This document shows positions 8,135 to 18,363 of a DNA stretch of 64,000 bases, piece by piece. The position numbers were made by a program, and so were the translations under genes. The stretch lies in the sequence record OP079919.1. One strand, written 5' to 3'. Below the pieces are notes generated by a model. The model was not told where the DNA came from, searched no databases, and saw only the letters and a list, made by a program, of their open reading frames with translations. The stretch's first letter is position 1, and every line of letters begins with the position of its first letter.

Positions 8135-10738
8135 ATGGACATGAGTGTGTCGTTGGTTCAACCAAGAACTGACTTGATACGTTACGCCGAGTCCAATATG
8201 TGGTCGTCTCCCTATAACGATCAACAATTCAGGCTGGAGCTACAACGTATCAGTCCCCCAGTAGGGTTGGTCAATACCTTTACGTATATGGGTAAAGGGA
8301 GAGGATTACCCGATTCTACTACCCCTCATCACGTCTATACCCTTAGCGGTACGTCGCTAGGGTACTGGAACTTCATCAACAAAAATATAAAAACTAATCC
8401 AGTCGATACCTGGGTGAGAGTTGATTGGCTCAGCCATCAGCGTGGGGTTTATATTGAACTTTATCGTCCCGACGGCAGAATCTATCCAAGAGATTGCGCG
8501 TGGATCATGCGGACTTATGACGGGGGACACCTTCTTTGTGTGGAACGTTTAACCAACTACCCGCTGCCATTAAACGATAACTTCTATCTACGGTGTTATA
8601 CCCCTGATTGGGATATTTATCGTGGGGTGGAAGGAACCGACGAAAATAACGGGTTTCAGTATACCAGTTTCGTTGGTCCAACTCAGGCTAATCTCACGGC
8701 GCTCCAAACCCAACTCAATACGTGGAGTGGTTTAGGTGGATTATCGTCCATTTATGTCGATGGAATAAAATGTCCGTCACTTCCTACAGTGTCGGCTGTT
8801 ACGTCGAATACCATCGTAGAGATTTTCTACGATCCGACCGTTTATAGAGTCGATAACTACGACTTGAAAACTCTGCCGGACTTCTATTCTGATTTGGATA
8901 GCAAACGCAAATACATCGTTCACCCTCCTAAGGTTGAAGGTGACTGGGCTTTCCGGTACTTCGACGATTGCGACATCTACATCACGACCCCAACCGGGAA
9001 AGGACTATATTTCAATATCAATAGTCCGGATGCGTTGCGTCAACTCACTCACGCTGACTATAGTGTGAGTACTGATTACGTCGCGACCCTTATTGATAGC
9101 CTGACGGATCTTAAGAATCGAGATGACCTGAAATTGCAGGTGATTTATCGCAGCACGAACTGGAGTCACAATCTCGTATGGGAAGCCAATCGAATCAGGT
9201 ACCTTTACCGTCTTGATGATAATGGAATAATCAACGCAATGACTGCGGTCCACTCCACGCTACCTGAATGGACAGCCAGTGGTTTGGAAAATTCTTATTC
9301 CATGCTGATCAACAGACAGAAATGGGGAGAGCTGACCGATGAGAACATCGTTAAAGCATTGGGGTTCAATGCCCTGACTCAAGCTTTAGCATCGTCACCA
9401 GTTTCAATGCCCTACGTGGAAGGATACGCCGGTTATGACGTTCCAATTAGTTTCCAAGAAGCTTGCGTGGCTTTTGAGTACGATGCGGACGGTTTACTCA
9501 TTAATAACTACCCATTGACTAATGCGCTGAAATATGCTCCAACCAATCCGACCTGTGCTATGGTGGAGTTCATTGCTGGTAGTCCGGCAATCACCAGACA
9601 TCAAGTGATTGGGAGCGATCCAGTTACATTATTGAAAAACTGGTCTTATTTGGCTTTGCAATCTGGCCGGTTAGTCTCTACTGGGGAATCTGACGGGAAA
9701 TGGGTACCTGCGGTATTGGGTACTGACTATACCGTTACCAATGGTGTTCTTACCTGGATCCACGACTCAACAAACCGGATAGGTAGAGTTATCTTTAACG
9801 ATGTTTTCCTTTACAAGGATTTCACGTTATCACATCTTGATAACTCCATTTATTTCGCCATTACCGAAATATGGGAAGGCGGAGGGATAGCTGCGGATAT
9901 CGCACCGGCTAACATCTACATTTGGATGAACGGTCATCCTCTCATTCTTAACGTCGATTACGTGATGGATTACCCTAGGGTATTCATCAACAACAAGATG
10001 TATTTGAATGAGAGTGGGGAAAACGATTTTGTCGTGGCTGCGTTCGGGATAAGTACGAGTTTAACTCAGCCGGTAGAAGAATCTGAATTGGGTTATATCG
10101 TCGGCGGAACCATCGGGGTTAACGGCCGTTACAATATCCGAGATGGAAGAGATACGAGGCTTATCGCCGCGGGTCGTTTATTCCCATCTGATGGCATTGA
10201 TGATTCAGAGCAACACGCTCCTCAGAACGCCGGTTATTCTCTCAACGGTTACCCGTATCAGGTTAAGCACGTTTATCAGACCGTTCAAAAAGCGGTGGAT
10301 TTTAATAACTATCCTCGGTACGCCGAAGACAGGGATTTGGATAATCGTATCTGTACTTACCTGACGACGTATTGTGAGAAACCAGGTCCTGTCGTTTGGC
10401 CTAACATCTCCGACAAATACAGATTGTTTAGTCCTTTCCTGAATCAGATCGTAAACGCAATATTGCTGAAAATCATTACCGTCCCTGCACCAACCACAGG
10501 CGGGGTATTCAGCAAACAGGTAATCAATGAGCTAACCAAAGATTATCAATGGTTGCTTGATTACGATCCGGCTTTCTTGAAATACGACTTGCGGTATTAC
10601 ACAATCAATCCGTTTTCCATGGCGGGTATGCAAACTGTAACAACCGCCCAGTTACTCTTCATCACTCAGGTTAACGAAATCTATCTCAATAGCGCGTGCG
10701 GCATAGAGGGATATTTTGAGGTAAATAATAATGTTTGA
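8135..10738 (+). CDS. Virion structural protein (phiKZ gp27-like, baseplate region)
   Basis: 867 aa, aromatic and beta-rich; conserved position in the operon. Confidence 0.72.
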   Translation: MDMSVSLVQPRTDLIRYAESNMWSSPYNDQQFRLELQRISPPVGLVNTFTYMGKGRGLPDSTTPHHVYTLSGTSLGYWNFINKNIKTNPVDTWVRVDWLSHQRGVYIELYRPDGRIYPRDCAWIMRTYDGGHLLCVERLTNYPLPLNDNFYLRCYTPDWDIYRGVEGTDENNGFQYTSFVGPTQANLTALQTQLNTWSGLGGLSSIYVDGIKCPSLPTVSAVTSNTIVEIFYDPTVYRVDNYDLKTLPDFYSDLDSKRKYIVHPPKVEGDWAFRYFDDCDIYITTPTGKGLYFNINSPDALRQLTHADYSVSTDYVATLIDSLTDLKNRDDLKLQVIYRSTNWSHNLVWEANRIRYLYRLDDNGIINAMTAVHSTLPEWTASGLENSYSMLINRQKWGELTDENIVKALGFNALTQALASSPVSMPYVEGYAGYDVPISFQEACVAFEYDADGLLINNYPLTNALKYAPTNPTCAMVEFIAGSPAITRHQVIGSDPVTLLKNWSYLALQSGRLVSTGESDGKWVPAVLGTDYTVTNGVLTWIHDSTNRIGRVIFNDVFLYKDFTLSHLDNSIYFAITEIWEGGGIAADIAPANIYIWMNGHPLILNVDYVMDYPRVFINNKMYLNESGENDFVVAAFGISTSLTQPVEESELGYIVGGTIGVNGRYNIRDGRDTRLIAAGRLFPSDGIDDSEQHAPQNAGYSLNGYPYQVKHVYQTVQKAVDFNNYPRYAEDRDLDNRICTYLTTYCEKPGPVVWPNISDKYRLFSPFLNQIVNAILLKIITVPAPTTGGVFSKQVINELTKDYQWLLDYDPAFLKYDLRYYTINPFSMAGMQTVTTAQLLFITQVNEIYLNSACGIEGYFEVNNNV

Positions 10739-12446
10739 TACCAGCACCACATCGACCACATCAAGTACGAGTGTTGCGGCGACGGGTCCTCAGTTACCTA
10801 ACTCGAATGATCTACTCACCCCACTCGATATTTCCAACCTTTACGATCCGGATACGGTAGCTGATTCTGATGCGTCAAAATACATCGTTGGTCGTGAAGG
10901 CCAAACGGTCATAGACGGATTGAACCAACGAGCTTACGTCATTACTCACGTTGGGACTGAAGATGCGAAATACAAATCAACGTTAAAACGGATAGGGTTT
11001 GTTACGGATAGCGACGACAACTCGAGTGACATCATTGGTTTACCGGGACGCTTTGCCGGCAATGGTGTTTTGGGAATCGACTACAGTGTCAGACCTCCTC
11101 GGGCTGTCATCGATGGTCGTGTATGGGCTCCTGATGCAGCCTACGGTTTGCTTTATAAAGGCGTGGTTATCGGTGATAGCGGTCAGGTCATTTCTGTTCA
11201 ATACGCAACTAATGGTGATTTGATTTCTAATCAGGTCCCGACTAAATTAGCTGCGGTTAACAACATGACCAACCACAGCATCTTCACCACTACTGCATTT
11301 TCGGTGACTCAAACGGCTGACGAACTCCCGGACGGAAGTTTGTGTACGCTGGTGTTCTTCGATGCTGCCGGTAACATGATTCCTGAACCTTATGAACTTG
11401 GCGTGATGCACACTGCGTTGCTGAGAGATCATCAGATCGGGATCAAGTATGTTTCGGCTATTGAACTGGTCTCTCCTTGGTTCACCGATACGACCGATCC
11501 TACTACGCTGAACATTCCTATCAACGTTGCGATGAGTTCGGTTCAATTCTCTGCGCGCATCCATTATAACGATGGGTCTACCAAAGAGCAATTGATTGAC
11601 GGGACCAAATGTGCGATCATCGGGCTCAATGAATATAAACCTACTACGGTGGGTCAGCGAGCTTCGATCGTACTTCGTTATTCGTTCGATGAGGACGAAC
11701 AGGCTTTAATTGCTACGCCTAATTATCCCGACATGATCACCCAGGCTTATCAGATCGTTTGTACTCAGGTTAACGGCGCCTACTCTCCAAAACTCTACAC
11801 TTATCCGGTGTGGAACGGAACAGGGTATTCGCTCAAACATTACCTGTACGATCTTACCCGTGGGTATGCGACTGACGTTACTCAGCATGTTACACTCAAC
11901 GACACGTCGCCAGCCTTCCAGCCGGCTAACTATGGCGTTCAGCAAGACATGGTGTTTAACCTGACGCTGTCAGACGTATCTTCGACGTTTAAAGCATGGA
12001 CGCTGGTACAACATACTTCTATTACGTTGTATAAAGCGAATACCGGCACGGGTCGTCGTTGGGCTATTCAGTACTCTTCTGCGAATAATCCTTACGTCGC
12101 TTATAACGTCGGGTATACCGAAGCCAATGGTGTTCAGTCCATTAACCTGGCTGGTTCCATCCTCACGATTTCTGATTGGTTGAATCGACTCTACTATCCG
12201 GTAGAACCATTGATCGATACCACGAAAGAATCGGCGGCTCTGGTTCCTAACTATATCCGGTTGGTTGACACTAACGGGGTTACTCACGACCTTGAAATCA
12301 ACGATTGGAATAAACCTCAAGCTCTCACTTCTCCTGTTGCAAGTGGCCAAACCCTCTTCCTGCAATGGATTCAGAAATCAGAGAACGGGGCCGAACTCCA
12401 ATTGGCGACCACGGGTGTTGTTGTAGACGTCGCTCCGAGCAATTAA
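10731..12446 (+). CDS. Virion structural protein (phiKZ gp26-like)
   Basis: 571 aa, Thr/Val-rich, overlaps the previous stop, directly upstream of terminase. Confidence 0.72.
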   Translation: MFDTSTTSTTSSTSVAATGPQLPNSNDLLTPLDISNLYDPDTVADSDASKYIVGREGQTVIDGLNQRAYVITHVGTEDAKYKSTLKRIGFVTDSDDNSSDIIGLPGRFAGNGVLGIDYSVRPPRAVIDGRVWAPDAAYGLLYKGVVIGDSGQVISVQYATNGDLISNQVPTKLAAVNNMTNHSIFTTTAFSVTQTADELPDGSLCTLVFFDAAGNMIPEPYELGVMHTALLRDHQIGIKYVSAIELVSPWFTDTTDPTTLNIPINVAMSSVQFSARIHYNDGSTKEQLIDGTKCAIIGLNEYKPTTVGQRASIVLRYSFDEDEQALIATPNYPDMITQAYQIVCTQVNGAYSPKLYTYPVWNGTGYSLKHYLYDLTRGYATDVTQHVTLNDTSPAFQPANYGVQQDMVFNLTLSDVSSTFKAWTLVQHTSITLYKANTGTGRRWAIQYSSANNPYVAYNVGYTEANGVQSINLAGSILTISDWLNRLYYPVEPLIDTTKESAALVPNYIRLVDTNGVTHDLEINDWNKPQALTSPVASGQTLFLQWIQKSENGAELQLATTGVVVDVAPSN

Positions 12447-12458
12447 GATTCGTTATCC

Positions 12459-12488
12459 TAACTACCGGTCTGAAAAGACCGGTAGTTA
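12459..12488 (+). terminator. Intrinsic terminator
   Basis: 13-bp stem TAACTACCGGTCT/AGACCGGTAGTTA, GAAA loop, T-rich tail. Confidence 0.8.
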
Positions 12489-12529
12489 TATTTTATATCG
12501 AGACCGAGACAAACCGACAGGATAAAACC

Positions 12530-15500
12530 ATGTTTGCAAGTAAAGACGAATTAGAACTACATCTTGCAAGAGAAAAACTTGCTATGATAGGAGCGACAGA
12601 AAGTCAGCTCCCCGAATACCTGCTCGATGACGACACAGAAGCGCTTCCCATCAGGACCCCAGAAGAATTGCTTCTAGCCCATTATCGAGAAGACACATTA
12701 AGTGCGATCAAAACGGTCAGGTTCTTAAAGGACTTCGAACGTTATAACGCTAAACCGGATCTGACGACGAAGAACATCTCTTTCTTAAAGGTTGCTGAAA
12801 TCTTTAGACTGATGGGGATAAAGAATTACTATTTCTGCCTCCAGCTCAACAATCCGTTGCTGATAGGGGTAGATCCTTACGACCCCAACCTGACAGATGA
12901 ACAAAAATTCATGATCCTCCAGGAGTGCCGTGAAAACTTCTGGTATTTCCTCCGTGAAGTACTTCATCTGAGCGGTGGTATTCAGTTCCAGGCAAACAGA
13001 GCAAACATCTGTTTCTTATGGTGTTATTTGTGCCACGTCAACACCATGCTTATCATTCCCCGCCAATTCGGGAAAAATTCTAGATTAGATTCTCTTGTAA
13101 AAATACCCAACGGTTGGAAGAAAATGGGGGATATGCGCAAGGGTGACGTAGTATCCACTCCTGATGGTAAAACGGCTAAAGTTACCGGGGTTTATCCTCA
13201 AGGTGTCACTCCTTTATATAAGGTTACTTTTAAAGATGGAAGAGAATCTTACGTCGGGTCTGATCATTATTGGACGGTATGGGATCCCGGTAAGGGTGAT
13301 GGCGGGGTCTGGCGAACACTGACCACACTCGAGTGCCAACAACGCATGACCGAGATGAAGAAAGCGCATAACTATCTTTCTGTTCCTTTGGTTCAGCCTG
13401 ATAATGATCCAGATAAGAAACTTGCCATTCATCCTTATGTTCTAGGTGTTTTACTAGGTGACGGATGCATCTCTAATAAAAGCGTTGTTGTAGCTAAACC
13501 AGATAAAGAGATGTTCGATAAGGTTACAGGGCTCATCCCTGAGTCACTAGAAACCTCATGGGTTGATGATAAGAGCTTTATCATCAGACGTAAGCCGACT
13601 AACATAACCCAGAACAATCAACTTAAAGATGATTTAACCAATCTCGATTTATTCGGATTGCGGTCCTGGGAGAAATTTGTTCCTACCGATTACTTAAATG
13701 GTTCTTATCGCCAGCGTTTAGAGTTGCTACAGGGTTTACTTGATACTGATGGACACGCAGGTACGGGTGGGAACATTGAGTATTGCACGACGTCTCCTAA
13801 ACTCGCTAAAGATTTCGTTTACCTTGCTCGTAGCATCGGGGCAATATGTTCTTGTAAAGAACGCCACACGTATTACACGCATAATGGCGAGAGACGCCAG
13901 GGGAGATTATCTTATCGCATTAGTGTTCGACACACACAGCCTTGGGAACTCTTCACGTTAAGTCGTAAACGAGATCGTTTAGTTGACAAAACACGAGGGT
14001 TAAAATTTAACAGCCGTTTAACCATGCGTTCCATTGAGTATGTGGGGGAAGAAGAGACTCAGTGCATTGAAGTGGACCATCCTGATCATCTTTACATCAT
14101 GGATGATTTCGTCGTCACTCACAACACTGTTTCTGCCCAGAGCATTATGTTCTGGCTAACTTACTTAACCGGGAAGTCTTACGAATCCCACTTAATCACC
14201 CTGAAAGACGATAACCGTAGTCAGTTCGTAGAGGCGTTAAAGGGTATCCGTAACAACATCCCGAGTTACTTAACCAACGTGGGGTGGCGAGATAAGGATA
14301 GCGGTAACTCATTAACCTATAGCGCGTTTGGGGATGATAAGAAAAACATCTTCCGTATTAGTGTACCTCAAATCGGTAGAGAGGCGGCTCGTAACGTCGG
14401 TCGTGGTTTGACTATCAAAACGCGTATGATTGACGAACCGGCATATATCAACTTCATGGAAGAGATACTTAACGGTGCGGGCCCTAGTACACTAACGGCT
14501 CGTGCTAACGCCAGAAGAATAGGTGAACCCTATGGGACGGGATTCATTACCACGCCTGCGAGTAAAACGACGGCAAGCGGCGAATACATGTACAACATGT
14601 TGATGGATGCGACCGAGTGGCGGGAAACGTTCTTCGACAGTTTTAACGAAAGTCATCTCTACCAACGTTTGATTAAAGCAAGTCCTGTGGAGGGAATCAC
14701 CAGTCCTACCGTAGGCATGGTTTTCAACTACTTGCAGCTGGGTAGGAATAAAGACTGGGTTAAGAAAACCATAGACGAGTTAAAACTCAGTTTAGCCGAA
14801 GCGAAGATCGACTTACTGTTAATGTGGGACGACGCCAGTAAAGGTAAACTTTTCGACGACTTAACTCGAGAAGCGTTAAACGAGGGTAAACGAGGAATAC
14901 TCTGGAGTCAGGAAGTAGGGAGTACGGGGTTGTTCATCGACTGGTTTATTACGCCAGAAGAACACACCCAAATCATTACTGGGAATAGTCAAACCTTTTA
15001 CGTAGTCGGTTGTGATACTTCCGCTGCGCAAAACCGAGACGCCTGTACTGTCGTGATAAGAGACGTCATGGACGGTAAAGTGATTGGGGTGGGTCGTTAT
15101 CCGATAGCCTACTTAATGGACGTGGGCGAGGTACTACAAACGATCCTGTTAGAGATTAAGAACAGCTTACTGATCATCGAGCGTAACTTCGCGCATCACA
15201 TGATCGACCAACTGCTCGTTAGTCTTCCTGCATTAGGCATCGATCCCTTTAAACGTATCTTTAATCAGATCGTACAGGATCCGGTTAAATACGAAAAAGA
15301 AATGATCGAGTTTAAACAACGTAATTTCGCTAACAGAGACAGTCACTTCTATCTGAGATTCAAACATTTGTTTGGGTTCGTTACCAACGCCAAAACGCGT
15401 GACGAAGTATATAGTTTTATCCAAGAAGCGGTAGGGACTACCGGAGATAAAATTTACTATACTAAACTCATCGACGAACTGGTCAACCTCAAAGAGAAAG

Positions 15501-15928
15501 GGGGAAGGATAGACCACGAAGCCAATAAACACGATGACCTGGTTATCGCTTGGTTGTTAGGATTCTGGTTCTTGAAACTGGGTAACAATAAAAGCGAATA
15601 CGGAATTCCTCCAGGTATTAGTTTGAGTAAAATCAGCTTGATGCGTGTTGGGGACGATAAAAATGAGGAAACCAACAGTGCGCACAATGAAGCGATGATC
15701 GCACTCTATCGTCGTAAAGTTGAAGAGCTGAGTGACAGACTCATTAAAACCACCGACAATACCGTAGCTCAAAGGATCGAGTACATGATTGACAAACTCA
15801 GCAGCATGATCCCTCAAGATAAGCGTAAGAGTTTGACCATCGATGAAATCGTTAGAAAGGCCAAGGAGGAAAGAAGTCGTCGAGTATTGGAAGCGCGTAA
15901 GTTACGCAGTCGTTACGCGTACATGTAA
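12530..15928 (+). CDS. terL: Terminase large subunit (intein-containing)
   Basis: Likely start ATG 12530 after AGGA (the track start 12365 overlaps the previous gene). Walker A PRQFGK|TVS is restored after intein removal; Walker B MIDEPA; nuclease motifs VGCDTS and HDDLVIA. Confidence 0.93.
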   Translation: MFASKDELELHLAREKLAMIGATESQLPEYLLDDDTEALPIRTPEELLLAHYREDTLSAIKTVRFLKDFERYNAKPDLTTKNISFLKVAEIFRLMGIKNYYFCLQLNNPLLIGVDPYDPNLTDEQKFMILQECRENFWYFLREVLHLSGGIQFQANRANICFLWCYLCHVNTMLIIPRQFGKNSRLDSLVKIPNGWKKMGDMRKGDVVSTPDGKTAKVTGVYPQGVTPLYKVTFKDGRESYVGSDHYWTVWDPGKGDGGVWRTLTTLECQQRMTEMKKAHNYLSVPLVQPDNDPDKKLAIHPYVLGVLLGDGCISNKSVVVAKPDKEMFDKVTGLIPESLETSWVDDKSFIIRRKPTNITQNNQLKDDLTNLDLFGLRSWEKFVPTDYLNGSYRQRLELLQGLLDTDGHAGTGGNIEYCTTSPKLAKDFVYLARSIGAICSCKERHTYYTHNGERRQGRLSYRISVRHTQPWELFTLSRKRDRLVDKTRGLKFNSRLTMRSIEYVGEEETQCIEVDHPDHLYIMDDFVVTHNTVSAQSIMFWLTYLTGKSYESHLITLKDDNRSQFVEALKGIRNNIPSYLTNVGWRDKDSGNSLTYSAFGDDKKNIFRISVPQIGREAARNVGRGLTIKTRMIDEPAYINFMEEILNGAGPSTLTARANARRIGEPYGTGFITTPASKTTASGEYMYNMLMDATEWRETFFDSFNESHLYQRLIKASPVEGITSPTVGMVFNYLQLGRNKDWVKKTIDELKLSLAEAKIDLLLMWDDASKGKLFDDLTREALNEGKRGILWSQEVGSTGLFIDWFITPEEHTQIITGNSQTFYVVGCDTSAAQNRDACTVVIRDVMDGKVIGVGRYPIAYLMDVGEVLQTILLEIKNSLLIIERNFAHHMIDQLLVSLPALGIDPFKRIFNQIVQDPVKYEKEMIEFKQRNFANRDSHFYLRFKHLFGFVTNAKTRDEVYSFIQEAVGTTGDKIYYTKLIDELVNLKEKGGRIDHEANKHDDLVIAWLLGFWFLKLGNNKSEYGIPPGISLSKISLMRVGDDKNEETNSAHNEAMIALYRRKVEELSDRLIKTTDNTVAQRIEYMIDKLSSMIPQDKRKSLTIDEIVRKAKEERSRRVLEARKLRSRYAYM
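13076..14125 (+). mobile_element. Intein (350 aa) with LAGLIDADG homing endonuclease, inserted in the terminase Walker A
   Basis: Runs NSRLDSLVKIPNGW...VVTHN followed by +1 Thr. Block B DHYW, block F TQCIEV; LAGLIDADG motifs VLGVLLGDG and LQGLLDTDG. Confidence 0.93.
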
Positions 15929-15940
15929 ATTTTTATAAGT

Positions 15941-15960
15941 CTACATTATCATGGTGTAAA
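15941..15960 (+). promoter_or_regulatory. Candidate phage early-type promoter
   Basis: CTACATTATCATGGTGTAAA; the 14-mer ATTATCATGGTGTA recurs exactly at 38318-38331. Resembles the phiKZ early TATATTAC motif. Confidence 0.6.
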
Positions 15961-15989
15961 CCTCAAATAAACTTTTAGGAGCTAACACC

Positions 15990-16205
15990 ATGAATAAATA
16001 CAACGTTACTTTTATCCGTCACGACGATACTCTGGTCGCTAACGTTCCTTGTGTCAACGAGGAAAAGGATGTGTTACTCGGAGGTGGGTTGGTCGATTCT
16101 CGTTTAGGTCATCTCGAAGTCGATATCAAAACGGGAACTCTCGTTCTCAGATCCAATTGCGCCAACGATTCACTCACGACGGAATGTCGCCTGCATTACA
16201 TTTAA
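15990..16205 (+). CDS. Small hypothetical protein (71 aa)
   Basis: AGGAG RBS, own candidate promoter and terminator. Confidence 0.75.
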   Translation: MNKYNVTFIRHDDTLVANVPCVNEEKDVLLGGGLVDSRLGHLEVDIKTGTLVLRSNCANDSLTTECRLHYI

Positions 16206-16208
16206 CAT

Positions 16209-16242
16209 TATACCCCTACGGCGATTACGCCGTAGGGGTATA
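16209..16242. terminator. Bidirectional terminator
   Basis: 15-bp perfect stem TATACCCCTACGGCG/CGCCGTAGGGGTATA between convergent genes. Confidence 0.85.
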
Positions 16243-16250
16243 GTTTTTAT

Positions 16251-16856
16251 TTAGTTTTTAATGTAATCCACTAACGCTTCAAAATCACCGTCGTAGAAAT
16301 ACGGTTTAATTTTGATTAAAGAACAAGCCGCAGACAGAGCATTTTCGTAACGATGAACGAATCGCTCAAAATACTCTCGGTTGAGAAGACGGGTTTCTTG
16401 ATCATCTAAAATCGATCTGGATCCCGCTCTTTGTAAAAACGTATCGTGATCGATTTTTACAAAGATAAGTTTATCGGGGTACATTTGGGTGCTGAATATT
16501 TTTAAAGCCTTTACGTTGCGTTCTATAACACTGTAAAGACCTATTCGACCATTACCCTGATAAACCGCAGTAGAAATGAAACAGCGATCGGAAATAACCG
16601 TCTTACCTTGGTTTAAAGCAGGAACAACAACTTTATCCCCTAACTCTATTCGCTGAGCAATAGCGAGATAAAGTTTTGCTTCTTCACAAATCCCATTATC
16701 GATAATGAGATTACGGATGGTTAACAAAGAGTCTGGAGACTTAGCCGGTTCCTCCACTTGAAGAACGTCGTAATTATCGGCCTTCAATCTCTCTGTTAAC
16801 TGTTTAGTTAAGGTTGACTTGCCCGCCAAGTCCATGCCTTCTAGAACAATGTACAT
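16251..16856 (-). CDS. tmk: Thymidylate (dTMP) kinase
   Basis: YIVLEGMDLAGKST P-loop, VEEP, VISDR and PDKLIFV motifs. Confidence 0.93.
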   Translation of the reverse strand: MYIVLEGMDLAGKSTLTKQLTERLKADNYDVLQVEEPAKSPDSLLTIRNLIIDNGICEEAKLYLAIAQRIELGDKVVVPALNQGKTVISDRCFISTAVYQGNGRIGLYSVIERNVKALKIFSTQMYPDKLIFVKIDHDTFLQRAGSRSILDDQETRLLNREYFERFVHRYENALSAACSLIKIKPYFYDGDFEALVDYIKN

Positions 16857-16926
16857 AGTGAATTTCTCCTGTAGATTTCTATCACTATAACTTATTTATA
16901 ACCGTTTTATTTTAGGAACCAACATC

Positions 16927-17370
16927 ATGACCGAAGAAGAATTTAACGAGAAAGTAAAGGCTATTGCCGACGAACGGCAGATACCGGAAGTTTTCGCCGA
17001 ATACATCGTTATTAGAGAATTTCTTCAATCTGACTCGTCATTCAAAATCGCTGACCATTTAGTCCGCATAGAGGAGTACGAGTACCGTAATATCAAGATT
17101 CCGCCAGAAAGATATGTATTTCGCCCTAGTATTTATGCGGCGGTCTCTGAACCCGCGGCTAACAAAAAAATAATAGGTTTAAAATTATACATCTTTGATT
17201 ATTTCCATAATCTCAAACCGGGGTTAGTCTTTGCCTCTAACGAAGAGGAAGCGGTTAAACTTATCAAAGAACGCGGGGTAACCGGATTGCCAGACAGGTT
17301 TTATTCCACGGTTAAAGAAATAGAAATTCCTACTCACTCAACTTACGTTCGTTACGCTACCGGAGAATAA
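16927..17370 (+). CDS. Hypothetical protein (147 aa)
   Basis: AGGA RBS; first of a tightly packed accessory run. Confidence 0.75.
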   Translation: MTEEEFNEKVKAIADERQIPEVFAEYIVIREFLQSDSSFKIADHLVRIEEYEYRNIKIPPERYVFRPSIYAAVSEPAANKKIIGLKLYIFDYFHNLKPGLVFASNEEEAVKLIKERGVTGLPDRFYSTVKEIEIPTHSTYVRYATGE

Positions 17371-17372
17371 AA

Positions 17373-18053
17373 ATGGAAAAGAAAAAAGAACCATCTTTAT
17401 CTGAATCAGACTTACCTAAAAATAAGCTAGAAACCCCATTTGATCTTGTCGACAACTATCAAGAAAATAAAAAGGGGATCGTTGTTATTGTCACGCCCAA
17501 TGAACAACTCCCTAAAGATGCTCAGGGTCGGACCCCTGACTTACGGTCGGACAGTTCTCCTGCTTTTAGAAGAGAAGATCTTTTTAAAGCAATGCAAGAC
17601 GTCGATCTGGAAGAAACATATCCGGGTACTCGTAAAACAAATCCTGAGTTATACCGGTCTTCGCCTTATCCAACTCCCGAAAACAAGAATATCTTAAACG
17701 AAGTAACAGGTGGGATGAAGCGAGGAGAACTGAACTACCTTTCTGCTGAAACTGACCCTGAAAAATCTATCTTCCATCCTAAAACTAATAGAGGATCGAG
17801 AACGTTATTGCGCGTTACCGATAAATGGTTCTTCTATCGCGTACATCAATTCCACGACGTTCATCACAAACGTCGTAAAGCGCGTTTCGATAAAATCACC
17901 TTCATGTTACTTCGACACAGTTGGGTCGAATACAAAGAATCGCTTCATAAGAAGAAATATCATATCTTCGATAAGACCCCTCGGGCCAAGGCTGAACGTT
18001 TAGCACTTAAACGTTCCAGAGAAAAGATTAAACCAACTTTGATGATTAGTTGA
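17373..18053 (+). CDS. Hypothetical protein (226 aa) with basic C-terminus
   Basis: Tightly coupled ORF; contains a DnaB-like segment GGMKRGEL. Confidence 0.7.
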   Translation: MEKKKEPSLSESDLPKNKLETPFDLVDNYQENKKGIVVIVTPNEQLPKDAQGRTPDLRSDSSPAFRREDLFKAMQDVDLEETYPGTRKTNPELYRSSPYPTPENKNILNEVTGGMKRGELNYLSAETDPEKSIFHPKTNRGSRTLLRVTDKWFFYRVHQFHDVHHKRRKARFDKITFMLLRHSWVEYKESLHKKKYHIFDKTPRAKAERLALKRSREKIKPTLMIS

Positions 18054-18361
18054 GGTTAGGCGTGGAGATTCCATTAGTAAGTTCAGGGGTTGGGATGCAC
18101 GATAGGTATTACGAGATAATCAGATATGGTTTTAACGAGTGTTTAAACGGATTGGATGACGAAAACAACCAAGCCAGTTACAAAGATTATCATGGTAATA
18201 CCTTTACGGCATGTCGGCTAAAACCTAATGATGGGTCTGTTCCTATTTATTCTTTCCGGGTAGGAGAACGAACCCTATTAACAGGTGTAACTGATCCAAG
18301 AGCGGTGGACTTAACGGAATACCGTAACCTTTTTAGGTTCATTAAAATCAAAGGCTATTAG
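18050..18361 (+). CDS. Hypothetical protein (103 aa)
   Basis: TTG start overlapping the previous stop; start uncertain. Confidence 0.55.
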   Translation: MRLGVEIPLVSSGVGMHDRYYEIIRYGFNECLNGLDDENNQASYKDYHGNTFTACRLKPNDGSVPIYSFRVGERTLLTGVTDPRAVDLTEYRNLFRFIKIKGY

Positions 18362-18363
18362 CT

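Noticed and set aside
12365-12529. N-terminal extension of terminase in the ORF track
   Set aside because: Overlaps the previous gene and its terminator; ATG 12530 has an RBS.
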